Source: Balanoglossus misakiensis
Taxonomy: Eukaryota > Animalia > Hemichordata
Direction of reading: 5' to 3'
DNA length: 64,000 nt
Assembly: GCA_040954595.2 (NCBI GenBank)
Contig: CM082580.2
Span: forward strand, 4,950,783 to 5,014,782
The position numbers and the translations under genes were made by a program. Below, piece by piece: positions 1-23,222 of this stretch. Below the pieces are notes generated by a model that made no database searches, was not told the origin of the DNA, and was given only the letters and a program-made list of their open reading frames with translations. Every line of letters begins with the position of its first letter. Within the stretch, counting starts at the first letter, position 1.

Positions 1-3000
1 TCGACTTTGCTAAAGTTCAAATTTTTTTCATTTTTTGACAAAAATCATGGGTTATAGCTCATGAAAATCGTCTAAAAATGACAATTTTTCGACTTTGCGA
101 AAGTTCAAAATTTCTTCATCTTTTGACAAAAATCTTGGGTTATAGCTCATGAAAATCAACCATAAATGACAATTTTTCGACTTTGCGAAAGTTCAAAATT
201 TCTTCATCTTTTGACAAAAATCTTGGGTTATAGCTCATGAAAATCAACCATAAATGACAATTTTTCGACTTTGCGAAAGTTCAAAATTTCTTAATCTTTT
301 GACAAAAATCTTGGGTTATAGCTCATGAAAATCAACCATAAATGACAATTTTTCGACTTTGCGAAAGTTCAAAATTTCTTCATTTTTTGACAAAAATCAT
401 GGGTTATAGCTCATGAAAATCGTCTAAAAATGACAATTTTTCGACTTTGCTAAAGTTCAAATTTTTTTCATTTTTTGACAAAAATCATGGGTTATAGCTC
501 ATGAAAATCGTCTAAAAATGACAATTTTTCGACTTTGCGAAAGTTCAAAATTTCTTCATCTTTTGACAAAAATCTTGGGTTATAGCTCATGAAAATCAAC
601 CATAAATGACAATTTTTCGACTTTGCGAAAGTTCAAAATTTCTTCATTTTTTGACAAAAATCTTGGGTTATAGCTCATGAAAATCGTCTAAAAATGACAA
701 TTTTTCGACTTTGCGAAAGTTCAAAATTTCTTCATTTTTTGACAAAAATCTTGGGTTATAGCTCATGAAAATCGTCTAAAAATGACAATTTTTCGACTTT
801 GCGAAAGTTCAAAATTTCTTCATCTTTTGACAAAAATCTTGGGTTATAGCTCATGAAAATCAACCATAAATTACAATTTTTCGACTTTGCGAAAGTTCAA
901 AATTTCTTCATTTTTTGACAAAAATCTTGGGTTATAGCTCATGAAAATCGTCTAAAAATGACAATTTTTCGACTTTGCGAAAGTTCAAAATTTCTTCATT
1001 TTTTGACAAAAATCTTGGGTTATAGCTCATGAAAATCGTCTAAAAATGACAATTTTTCGACTTTGCGAAATTTCAAAATTTCTTCATCTTTTGACAAAAA
1101 TCTTGGGTTATAGCTCATGAAAATCAACCATAAATGACAATTTTTCGACTTTGCGAAAGTTCAAAATTGCTTCATTTTTTGACAAAAATCATGGGTTATA
1201 GCTCATGAAAATCGTCTCAAAATGAAAATTTTTCGACTTTGCGAAAGTTCAAAATTTCTTCATTTTTTGACAAAAATCATGGGTTATAGCTCATGAAAAT
1301 CGTCTAAAAATGACAATTTTTCGACTTTGCGAAAGTTCAAAATTTCTTCATTTTTTGACAAAAATCATGGGTTATAGCTCATGAAAATCGTCTAAAAATG
1401 AAAATTTTTCGACTTTGCGAAAGTTCAAAATTTCTTCATCTTTTGACAAAAATCATGGGTTATAGCTCATGAAAATCAACCATAAATGACAATTTTTCGA
1501 CTTTGCGAAAGTTCAAAATTTCTTCATTTTTTGACAAAAATCATGGGTTATAGCTCATGAAAATCGTCTAAAAATGACAATTTTTCGACTTTGCGAAAGT
1601 TCAAAATTTCTTCATTTTTTGACAAAAATCATGGGTTATAGCTCATGAAAATCGTCTAAAAATGAAAATTTTTCGACTTTGCGAAAGTTCAAAATTTCTT
1701 CATCTTTTGACAAAAATCATGGGTTATAGCTCATGAAAATCAACCATAAATGACAATTTTTCGACTTTGCGAAAGTTCAAAATTTCTTCATCTTTTGACA
1801 AAAATCTTGGGTTATAGCTCATGAAAATCAACCATAAATGACAATTTTTCGACTTTGCGAAAGTTCAAAATTTCTTCATCTTTTGACAAAAATCTTGGGT
1901 TATAGCTCATGAAAATCAACAATAAATGACAATTTTTCGACTTTGCGAAAGTTCAAGATTTCTTCATTTTTTGACAAAAATCATGGGTTATAGCTCATGA
2001 AAATCGTCTAAAAATGAAAATTTTTCGACTTTGCGAAAGTTCAAAATTTCTTCATCTTTTGACAAAAATCATGGGTTATAGCTCATGAAAATCAACCATA
2101 AATGACAATTTTTCGACTTTGCGAAAGTTCAAAATTTCTTCATCTTTTGACAAAAATCTTGGGTTATAGCTCATGAAAATCAACCATAAATGACAATTTT
2201 TCGACTTTGCGAAAGTTCAAAATTTCTTCATCTTTTGACAAAAATCATGGGTTATAGCTCATGAAAATCAACCATAAATGACAATTTTTCGACTTTGCGA
2301 AAGTTCAAAATTTCTTCATCTTTTGACAAAAATCTTGGGTTATAGCTCATGAAAATCAACCATAAATGACAATTTTTCGACTTTGCGAAAGTTCAAAATT
2401 TCTTCATTTTTTGACAAAAATCTTGGGTTATAGCTCATGAAAATCGTCTAAAAATGACAATTTTTCGACTTTGCGAATGTTCAAAATTTCTTCATCTTTT
2501 GACAAAAATCTTGGGTTATAGCTCATGAAAATCGTCTAAAAATGACAATTTTTCGACTTTGCGAATGTTCAAAATTTCTTCATCTTTTGACAAAAATCTT
2601 GGGTTATAGCTCATGAAAATCAACCATAAATGACAATTTTTCGACTTTGCGAAAGTTCAAAATTTCTTCATTTTTTGACAAAAATCATGGGTTATAGCTC
2701 ATGAAAATCGTCTAAAAATGAAAATTTTTCGACTTTGCGAAAGTTCAAAATTTCTTCATCTTTTGGCAAAAATCATGGGTTGTAGCTCATGAAAATCAAC
2801 CATAAATGACAATTTTTCGACTTTGCGAAAGTTCAAAATTTCTTCATTTTTTGACAAAAATCTTGGGTTATAGCTCATGAAAATCAACCATAAATGACAA
2901 TTTTTCGACTTTGCGAAAGTTCAAAATTTCTTCATCTTTTGACAAAAATCTTGGGTTATAGCTCATGAAAATCAACCATAAATGACAATTTTTCGACTTT

Positions 3001-6000
3001 GCGAAAGTTCAAAATTTCTTCATCTTTTGACAAAATCTTGGGTTATAGCTCATGAAAATCAACCATAAATGACAATTTTTCGACTTTGCGAAAGTTCAAA
3101 ATTTCTTCATCTTTTGACAAAAATCTTGGGTTATAGCTCATGAAAATCAACCATAAATGACAATTTTTCGACTTTGCGAAAGTTCAAAATTTCTTCATCT
3201 TTTGACAAAAATCTTGGGTTATAGCTCATGAAAATCAACCATAAATGACAATTTTTCGACTTTGCGAAAGTTCAAAATTTCTTAATCTTTTGACAAAAAT
3301 CTTGGGTTATAGCTCATGAAAATCAACCATAAATGACAATTTTTCGACTTTGCGAAAGTTCAAAATTTCTTCATTTTTTGACAAAAATCATGGGTTATAG
3401 CTCATGAAAATCGTCTAAAAATGACAATTTTTCGACTTTGCTAAAGTTCAAATTTTTTTCATTTTTTGACAAAAATCATGGGTTATAGCTCATGAAAATC
3501 GTCTAAAAATGACAATTTTTCGACTTTGCGAAAGTTCAAAATTTCTTCATCTTTTGACAAAAATCTTGGGTTATAGCTCATGAAAATCAACCATAAATGA
3601 CAATTTTTCGACTTTGCGAAAGTTCAAAATTTCTTCATTTTTTGACAAAAATCATGGGTTATAGCTCATGAAAATCGTCTAAAAATGAAAATTTTTCGAC
3701 TTTGCGAAAGTTCAAAATTTCTTCATCTTTTGACAAAAATCATGGGTTATAGCTCATGAAAATCAACCATAAATGACAATTTTTCGACTTTGCGAAAGTT
3801 CAAAATTTCTTCATTTTTTGACAAAAATCTTGGGTTATAGCTCATGAAAATCGTCTAAAAATGACAATTTTTCGACTTTGCGAAAGTTCAAAATTTCTTC
3901 ATTTTTTGACAAAAATCTTGGGTTATAGCTCATGAAAATCGTCTAAAAATGACAATTTTTCGACTTTGCGAAATTTCAAAATTTCTTCATCTTTTGACAA
4001 AAATCTTGGGTTATAGCTCATGAAAATCAACCATAAATGAAAATTTTTCGACTTTGCGAAAGTTCAAAATTTCTTCATCTTTTGACAAAAATCATGGGTT
4101 ATAGCTCATGAAAATCAACCATAAATGACAATTTTTCGACTTTGCGAAAGTTCAAAATTTCTTCATCTTTTGACAAAAATCATGGGTTATAGCTCATGAA
4201 AATCGTCTAAAAATGACAATTTTTCGACTTTGCCAAAGTTCAAAATTTCTTCATTTTTGACAAAAATCTTGGGTTATAGCTCATGAAAATCAACCATAAA
4301 TGACAATTTTTCGACTTTGCGAAAGTTCAAAATTGCTTCATTTTTTGACAAAAATCATGGGTTATAGCTCATGAAAATCGTCTCAAAATGAAAATTTTTC
4401 GACTTTGCGAAAGTTCAAAATTTCTTCATTTTTTGACAAAAATCATGGGTTATAGCTCATGAAAATCGTCTAAAAATGAAAATTTTTCGACTTTGCGAAA
4501 GTTCAAAATTTCTTCATCTTTTGACAAAAATCATGGGTTATAGCTCATGAAAATCATCCAAAAATGACAATTTTTCGACTTTGCCAAAGTTCAAAATTTC
4601 TTCATTTTTGACAAAAATCTTGGGTTATAGCTCATGAAAATCAACCATAAATGACAATTTTTCGACTTTGCGAAAGTTCAAAATTTCTTCATTTTTTGAC
4701 AAAAATCTTGGGTTATAGCTCATGAAAATCAACCATAAATGACAATTTTTCGACTTTGCGAAAGTTCAAAATTTCTTCATCTTTTGACAAAAATCTTGGG
4801 TTATAGCTCATGAAAATCAACCATAAATGACAATTTTTCGACTTTGCGAAAGTTCAAAATTTCTTCATCTTTTGACAAAATCTTGGGTTATAGCTCATGA
4901 AAATCAACCATAAATGACAATTTTTCGACTTTGCGAAAGTTCAAAATTTCTTAATCTTTTGACAAAAATCTTGGGTTATAGCTCATGAAAATCAACCATA
5001 AATGACAATTTTTCGACTTTGCGAAAGTTCAAAATTTCTTCATTTTTTGACAAAAATCATGGGTTATAGCTCATGAAAATCGTCTAAAAATGACAATTTT
5101 TCGACTTTGCTAAAGTTCAAATTTTTTTCATTTTTTGACAAAAATCATGGGTTATAGCTCATGAAAATCGTCTAAAAATGACAATTTTTCGACTTTGCGA
5201 AAGTTCAAAATTTCTTCATCTTTTGACAAAAATCTTGGGTTATAGCTCATGAAAATCAACCATAAATGACAATTTTTCGACTTTGCGAAAGTTCAAAATT
5301 TCTTCATCTTTTGACAAAAATCTTGGGTTATAGCTCATGAAAATCAACCATAAATGACAATTTTTCGACTTTGCGAAAGTTCAAAATTTCTTAATCTTTT
5401 GACAAAAATCTTGGGTTATAGCTCATGAAAATCAACCATAAATGACAATTTTTCGACTTTGCGAAAGTTCAAAATTTCTTCATTTTTTGACAAAAATCAT
5501 GGGTTATAGCTCATGAAAATCGTCTAAAAATGACAATTTTTCGACTTTGCTAAAGTTCAAATTTTTTTCATTTTTTGACAAAAATCATGGGTTATAGCTC
5601 ATGAAAATCGTCTAAAAATGACAATTTTTCGACTTTGCGAAAGTTCAAAATTTCTTCATCTTTTGACAAAAATCTTGGGTTATAGCTCATGAAAATCAAC
5701 CATAAATGACAATTTTTCGACTTTGCGAAAGTTCAAAATTTCTTCATTTTTTGACAAAAATCTTGGGTTATAGCTCATGAAAATCGTCTAAAAATGACAA
5801 TTTTTCGACTTTGCGAAAGTTCAAAATTTCTTCATTTTTTGACAAAAATCTTGGGTTATAGCTCATGAAAATCGTCTAAAAATGACAATTTTTCGACTTT
5901 GCGAAAGTTCAAAATTTCTTCATCTTTTGACAAAAATCTTGGGTTATAGCTCATGAAAATCAACCATAAATTACAATTTTTCGACTTTGCGAAAGTTCAA

Positions 6001-9000
6001 AATTTCTTCATTTTTTGACAAAAATCTTGGGTTATAGCTCATGAAAATCGTCTAAAAATGACAATTTTTCGACTTTGCGAAAGTTCAAAATTTCTTCATT
6101 TTTTGACAAAAATCTTGGGTTATAGCTCATGAAAATCGTCTAAAAATGACAATTTTTCGACTTTGCGAAATTTCAAAATTTCTTCATCTTTTGACAAAAA
6201 TCTTGGGTTATAGCTCATGAAAATCAACCATAAATGACAATTTTTCGACTTTGCGAAAGTTCAAAATTGCTTCATTTTTTGACAAAAATCATGGGTTATA
6301 GCTCATGAAAATCGTCTCAAAATGAAAATTTTTCGACTTTGCGAAAGTTCAAAATTTCTTCATTTTTTGACAAAAATCATGGGTTATAGCTCATGAAAAT
6401 CGTCTAAAAATGACAATTTTTCGACTTTGCGAAAGTTCAAAATTTCTTCATTTTTTGACAAAAATCATGGGTTATAGCTCATGAAAATCGTCTAAAAATG
6501 AAAATTTTTCGACTTTGCGAAAGTTCAAAATTTCTTCATCTTTTGACAAAAATCATGGGTTATAGCTCATGAAAATCAACCATAAATGACAATTTTTCGA
6601 CTTTGCGAAAGTTCAAAATTTCTTCATTTTTTGACAAAAATCATGGGTTATAGCTCATGAAAATCGTCTAAAAATGACAATTTTTCGACTTTGCGAAAGT
6701 TCAAAATTTCTTCATTTTTTGACAAAAATCATGGGTTATAGCTCATGAAAATCGTCTAAAAATGAAAATTTTTCGACTTTGCGAAAGTTCAAAATTTCTT
6801 CATCTTTTGACAAAAATCATGGGTTATAGCTCATGAAAATCAACCATAAATGACAATTTTTCGACTTTGCGAAAGTTCAAAATTTCTTCATCTTTTGACA
6901 AAAATCTTGGGTTATAGCTCATGAAAATCAACCATAAATGACAATTTTTCGACTTTGCGAAAGTTCAAAATTTCTTCATCTTTTGACAAAAATCTTGGGT
7001 TATAGCTCATGAAAATCAACAATAAATGACAATTTTTCGACTTTGCGAAAGTTCAAGATTTCTTCATTTTTTGACAAAAATCATGGGTTATAGCTCATGA
7101 AAATCGTCTAAAAATGAAAATTTTTCGACTTTGCGAAAGTTCAAAATTTCTTCATCTTTTGACAAAAATCATGGGTTATAGCTCATGAAAATCAACCATA
7201 AATGACAATTTTTCGACTTTGCGAAAGTTCAAAATTTCTTCATCTTTTGACAAAAATCTTGGGTTATAGCTCATGAAAATCAACCATAAATGACAATTTT
7301 TCGACTTTGCGAAAGTTCAAAATTTCTTCATCTTTTGACAAAAATCATGGGTTATAGCTCATGAAAATCAACCATAAATGACAATTTTTCGACTTTGCGA
7401 AAGTTCAAAATTTCTTCATCTTTTGACAAAAATCTTGGGTTATAGCTCATGAAAATCAACCATAAATGACAATTTTTCGACTTTGCGAAAGTTCAAAATT
7501 TCTTCATTTTTTGACAAAAATCTTGGGTTATAGCTCATGAAAATCGTCTAAAAATGACAATTTTTCGACTTTGCGAATGTTCAAAATTTCTTCATCTTTT
7601 GACAAAAATCTTGGGTTATAGCTCATGAAAATCGTCTAAAAATGACAATTTTTCGACTTTGCGAATGTTCAAAATTTCTTCATCTTTTGACAAAAATCTT
7701 GGGTTATAGCTCATGAAAATCAACCATGAATGACAATTTTTCGACTTTGCGAAAGTTCAAAATTTCTTCATTTTTTGACAAAAATCATGGGTTATAGCTC
7801 ATGAAAATCGTCTAAAAATGAAAATTTTTCGACTTTGCGAAAGTTCAAAATTTCTTCATCTTTTGGCAAAAATCATGGGTTGTAGCTCATGAAAATCAAC
7901 CATAAATGACAATTTTTCGACTTTGCGAAAGTTCAAAATTTCTTCATTTTTTGACAAAAATCTTGGGTTATAGCTCATGAAAATCAACCATAAATGACAA
8001 TTTTTCGACTTTGCGAAAGTTCAAAATTTCTTCATCTTTTGACAAAAATCTTGGGTTATAGCTCATGAAAATCAACCATAAATGACAATTTTTCGACTTT
8101 GCGAAAGTTCAAAATTTCTTCATCTTTTGACAAAATCTTGGGTTATAGCTCATGAAAATCAACCATAAATGACAATTTTTCGACTTTGCGAAAGTTCAAA
8201 ATTTCTTCATCTTTTGACAAAAATCTTGGGTTATAGCTCATGAAAATCAACCATAAATGACAATTTTTCGACTTTGCGAAAGTTCAAAATTTCTTCATCT
8301 TTTGACAAAAATCTTGGGTTATAGCTCATGAAAATCAACCATAAATGACAATTTTTCGACTTTGCGAAAGTTCAAAATTTCTTCATCTTTTGACAAAAAT
8401 CTTGGGTTATAGCTCATGAAAATCGTCTAAAAATGACAATTTTTCGACTTTGCTAAAGTTCAAATTTTTTTCATTTTTTGACAAAAATCATGGGTTATAG
8501 CTCATGAAAATCGTCTAAAAATGACAATTTTTCGACTTTGCGAAAGTTCAAAATTTCTTCATCTTTTGACAAAAATCTTGGGTTATAGCTCATGAAAATC
8601 AACCATAAATGACAATTTTTCGACTTTGCGAAAGTTCAAAATTTCTTCATTTTTTGACAAAAATCATGGGTTATAGCTCATGAAAATCGTCTAAAAATGA
8701 AAATTTTTCGACTTTGCGAAAGTTCAAAATTTCTTCATCTTTTGACAAAAATCATGGGTTATAGCTCATGAAAATCAACCATAAATGACAATTTTTCGAC
8801 TTTGCGAAAGTTCAAAATTTCTTCATTTTTTGACAAAAATCTTGGGTTATAGCTCATGAAAATCGTCTAAAAATGACAATTTTTCGACTTTGCGAAAGTT
8901 CAAAATTTCTTCATTTTTTGACAAAAATCTTGGGTTATAGCTCATGAAAATCGTCTAAAAATGACAATTTTTCGACTTTGCGAAATTTCAAAATTTCTTC

Positions 9001-12000
9001 ATCTTTTGACAAAAATCTTGGGTTATAGCTCATGAAAATCAACCATAAATGAAAATTTTTCGACTTTGCGAAAGTTCAAAATTTCTTCATCTTTTGACAA
9101 AAATCATGGGTTATAGCTCATGAAAATCAACCATAAATGACAATTTTTCGACTTTGCGAAAGTTCAAAATTTCTTCATCTTTTGACAAAAATCATGGGTT
9201 ATAGCTCATGAAAATCGTCTAAAAATGACAATTTTTCGACTTTGCCAAAGTTCAAAATTTCTTCATTTTTGACAAAAATCTTGGGTTATAGCTCATGAAA
9301 ATCAACCATAAATGACAATTTTTCGACTTTGCGAAAGTTCAAAATTGCTTCATTTTTTGACAAAAATCATGGGTTATAGCTCATGAAAATCGTCTCAAAA
9401 TGAAAATTTTTCGACTTTGCGAAAGTTCAAAATTTCTTCATTTTTTGACAAAAATCATGGGTTATAGCTCATGAAAATCGTCTAAAAATGAAAATTTTTC
9501 GACTTTGCGAAAGTTCAAAATTTCTTCATCTTTTGACAAAAATCATGGGTTATAGCTCATGAAAATCATCCAAAAATGACAATTTTTCGACTTTGCCAAA
9601 GTTCAAAATTTCTTCATTTTTGACAAAAATCTTGGGTTATAGCTCATGAAAATCAACCATAAATGACAATTTTTCGACTTTGCGAAAGTTCAAAATTTCT
9701 TCATTTTTTGACAAAAATCATGGGTTATAGCTCATGAAAATCGTCTAAAAATGAAAATTTTTCGACTTTGCGAAAGTTCAAAATTTCTTCATCTTTTGAA
9801 AAAATCATGGTTTATAGCTCATGAAAATCGTCCAAAAATGACAATTTTTCGACTTTGCGAAAGTTCACAATTTCTTCATTTTTTGACAAAAATCATGGGT
9901 TATAGCTCATGAAAATCGTCCATAAATGACAATTTTCCGACTTTGCTAAAGTTCACAATTTCTTCATTTTTTGACAAAAATCATTGGTTATAGCCCATGA
10001 AAATCACCCAAAAATGACAATTTTTCGACTTTGCGAAAGTTCAAGATTTCTTCATTTTTTGACAAAAATCATGGGTTATAGCCCATGAAAATCACCCAAA
10101 AATGACAATTTTTCGACTTTGCGGAAGTTCAAGATTTCTTCATTTTTTGACAAAAATCATGGGTTATAGCCCATGAAAATCATCCAAAAATGACAATTTT
10201 TCGACTTTGCGAAAGTTCAAAATTTCTTCATTTTTTGACAAAAATCATGGGTTATAGCCCATGAAAATCATCCAAAAATGACAATTTTTCGACTTTGCGA
10301 AAGTTCAAAATTTCTTAATTTTTTGACAAAAATCATGGGTTATAGCCCATGAAAATCACCCAAAAATGACAATTTTTCGACTTTGCGAAAGTTCAAAATT
10401 CTTCATTTTTTGACAAAAATCATGGGTTATAGCCCATGAGAATCACCCAAAAATGACAATTTTTCGACTTTGGGAAAGTTCAAAATTTCTTCATTTTTTG
10501 ACAAAAATCATGGGTTATAGCCCATGAAAATCGTCCAGTTCAAAATTTCTTCATTTTTTGACAAAAATCATGGGTTATAGCCCATGAAAATCACCCAAAA
10601 ATGACAATTTTTCTACTTTGCGAAAGTCGAAAATTTCTTCATTTTTTGACCAAAATCATGGGTTATAGCCCATGAAAATCGTCCAAAAATGACAATTTTT
10701 CGACTTTGCGAAAGTTCAAAATTTCTTTATTTTTTGACAAAAATCATGGGTTATAGCCCATGAAAATCGTCCAAAATGACAATTTTTCGACTTTGCGAAA
10801 GTTCAAAATTCTTCATTTTTTGACAAAAATCATGGGTTATAGCCCATGAAATTCATCCAAAAATGACAATTTTTCGACTTTGCGAAAGTCGAAAATTTCT
10901 TCATTTTTTGACAAAAATCATGGGTTATAGCCCATGAAAATCACCCAAAAATGACAATTTTTCGACTTTGCGATAGTTCAAAATTTCTTCATTTTTTGAC
11001 AAAAATCATGGGTTATAGGTCTTAAAAATCATCCAAAAATGACAATTTTTCGACTTTGCGAAAGTTCCAAATTTCTTCATTTTTTGACAAAAATCATGGG
11101 TTATAGCCCATGAGAATCACCCAAAAATGACAATTTTTCGACTTTGCGAAAGTTCAAAATTTCTTCATTTTTTGACAAAAATCATGGGTTATAGCCCATG
11201 AAAATCGTCCAGTTCAAAATTTCTTCATTTTTTGACAAAAATCATGGGTTATAGCCCATGAAAATCATCCAAAAATGACAATTTTTCGACTTTGCGAAAG
11301 TTCAAAATTTCTTCATTTTTTGACAAAAATCATGGGTTATAGCCCATGAAAATCACCCAAAAATGACAATTTTTCGACTTTGCGAAAGTCGAAAATTTCT
11401 TCATTTTTTGACCAAAATCATGGGTTATAGCCCATGAAAATCGTCCAAAAATGACAATTTTTCGACTTTGCTAAAGTTCAAAATTTCTTCATTTTTTGAC
11501 AAAAATCATGGGTTATAGCCCATGAAAATCGTCCAAAATGACAATTTTTCGACTTTGCGAAAGTTCAAAATTCTTCATTTTTTGACAAAAATCATGGGTT
11601 ATAGCCCATGAAAATCGTCCAAAATGACAATTTTTCGACTTTGCGAAAGTTCAAAATTCTTCATTTTTTGACAAAAATCATGGGTTATAGCCCATGAAAT
11701 TCATCCAAAAATGACAATTTTTCGACTTTGCGAAAGTTCAAAATTTCTTCATTTTTTGACCAAAATCATGGGTTATAGCCCATGAAAATCGTCCAAAATG
11801 GCAATTTTTCGACTTTGCGAAAGTTCAAAATTCTTCATTTTTTGACAAAAATCATGGGTTATAGCCCATGAAATTCATCCAAAAATGACAATTTTTCGAC
11901 TTTGCGAAAGTCGAAAATTTCTTCATTTTTTGACAAAAATCATGGGTTATAGCCCATGAAAATCACCCAAAAATGACAATTTTTCGACTTTGCGAAAGTT

Positions 12001-12960
12001 CAAAATTTCTTCATTTTTTGACAAAAATCATGGGTTATAGGTCTTAAAAATCACCCAAAAATGACAATTTTTCGACTTTGCGAAAGTTCAAAATTTCTTC
12101 ATTTTTTGACAAAAATCATGGGTTATAGCCCATGAGAATCACCCAAAAATGACAATTTTTCGACTTTGCGAAAGTTCAAAATTTCTTCATTTTTTGACAA
12201 AAATCATGGGTTATAGCCCATGAAAATCGTCCAGTTCAAAATTTCTTCATTTTTTGACAAAAATCATGGGTTATAGCCCATGAAAATCATCCAAAAATGA
12301 CAATTTTTCGACTTTGCGAAAGTTCAAAATTTCTTCATTTTTTGACAAAAATCATGGGTTATAGCCCATGAAAATCACCCAAAAATGACAATTTTTCGAC
12401 TTTGCGAAAGTCGAAAATTTCTTCATTTTTTGACCAAAATCATGGGTTATAGCCCATGAAAATCGTCCAAAAATGACAATTTTTCGACTTTGCTAAAGTT
12501 CAAAATTTCTTCATTTTTTGACAAAAATCATGGGTTATAGCCCATGAAAATCGTCCAAAATGACAATTTTTCGACTTTGCGAAAGTTCAAAATTCTTCAT
12601 TTTTTGACAAAAAACATGGGTTATAGCCCATGAAATTCATCCAAAAATGACAATTTTTCGACTTTGCGAAATTTGAAAATTTCTTCATTTTTTGACAAAA
12701 ATCATGGGTTATAGCCCATGAAAATCACCCAAAAATGACAATTTTTCGACTTTGCGAAAGTTCAAAATTTCTTCATTTTTTGACAAAAATCATGGGTTAT
12801 AGGTCTTAAAAATCATCCAAAAATGACAATTTTTCGACTTCGCGAAAGTTCAAAATTTCTTCATTTTTTGACGAAAATCATGGGTTATACCTCATGAAAA
12901 TCACCCAAAAATGACAATTTTTCGACTTTGCGAAGTTTCAAAATTTCTTCATTTAAAAAA
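1..12960. repeat. 88-bp tandem satellite array (runs off the left edge of the window)
   Basis: The monomer tcgactttgcgaaagttcaaaatttcttcat(c/t)ttttgacaaaaatc(a/t)tgggttatagc(t/c)catgaaaatc(gtctaa/aaccat)aaatgacaatttt recurs at 1, 89, 177 and onward. It is homogeneous to about 9790 and more diverged from there to 12960. Confidence 0.99.
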
Positions 12961-12962
12961 AA

Positions 12963-13455
<493 letters not shown>

Positions 13456-13550
13456 CTACCTATATACCTACTGTTGGTATATTGTAGTGATTACACACGT
13501 ACAATTATCTTATTAATTCAGATACGATATCTTGTTTTTTCTTCTTCCAG

Positions 13551-21892
<8,342 letters not shown>

Positions 21893-23222
21893 GTAGGACT
21901 ATGTACACCTTGTGTTCTCGTTCTGAATATAGATAGATGTATGTACTAAGTGCCGGTTCTGCTTTTGTCGCATGTTTATACAATCATGGTAGTATTAATC
22001 ATGCTGTCACTTTTTTCAATTGGCAACGTACATGGGATTTTTATAGCATGGCGGAAAACATTGCCATCGGTAGCAATTTTGATAAACATGGAGATTACAC
22101 TGAAAATTAACTACCAATGAAAACGGGGCAATACATCTCCGGTACAAAACATTGTTTCGAAGTAAACCAACTTTAAGTTTTGACAACGGTGTTCCTTTTT
22201 CTGTTCCTATGTGACTTTACAGACCATTGTCGTACTGTGTTTTTATGAGAAATTTTCTTTGCTTTTTGTTCTGTGAAGTGGAATTGTCGTTTTATATGCA
22301 TGCGCTACAAACAGCCAGCCTGGACTAATATGCTATGGAAGTAGTTATCATATCTAAAGGACCAGCGTGGACACCATCCAGAGAATCGTCTGCGTGATTT
22401 AACAACCAGAACCGCAATCGCATTTTCTACAATTAAATTTCTTTTTTTTATGCAGGGATTTTTCAAGTGAATACATCTGCGGATGTGCTGTACTGGGCTG
22501 TTTGCGTGTTGACGAATCTACAAGAACACTGTTGATATTTTTACGGTTGCTTTTGTGTTTGCCAGCATCAGACCGACGTGACAGTTTTGCTGTGGATATA
22601 CACGGTCAGATCATAAACTACGCCATCAACTACTTTCACCCGATAGACGTCGATAGCACAATGAGTCGCTGCTTGTTTTTGTGTCCGTTGTGCTGGAAAC
22701 ACTTGCACGATATAAACATTTGAGCAAGTGGTGTCTTGGAAGAAGTCATTTTTAATCATAAAGTAGAATGCACATGTAACTACGCAATATCCACACTTCA
22801 TATGTTTATATAAGAGTTAACGTTAACGTTCATTTTTCTAAAGTCAGGAAGAGTCGGAACAAATCTTACAAAAATAATTATACTCGTGCTGCTGCTGTCC
22901 TATTTAAGCTTATTCAGAATACATTGTGAATCCGGTGACCGGAAGTGCGGCATTTGAGCGTTGGGTCTTGCACTGTGCATGCACGCATGCGCACCCCCAC
23001 AAAGAGTGTTAGAGACAGTAAATTTCTTGGATGTGTATACATGTATCAATATTTTCCCTTTTTATAATATAATTGCCATAAAACTAAACAGATAATACTT
23101 TTTCAGGAGCGACATTTTTTTAAATACTGTACTTTCGGTACATGCACTGACCTTTGCACCCTGGCAGGCAGGCGTGGGTTGCGTTACGTACGTGTCACAT
23201 ATTGCAGCTAACTTCTGTGTTT

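Noticed and set aside
1-12960. CRISPR-like repeat/spacer array
   Set aside because: The variable positions are a few recurring alleles rather than unique spacers. There are no cas genes and the context is eukaryotic.
22036-22470. Final RTK exon
   Set aside because: Two candidate acceptors (about 22047 and 22455) give different short tails, and the sequence alone cannot decide between them.
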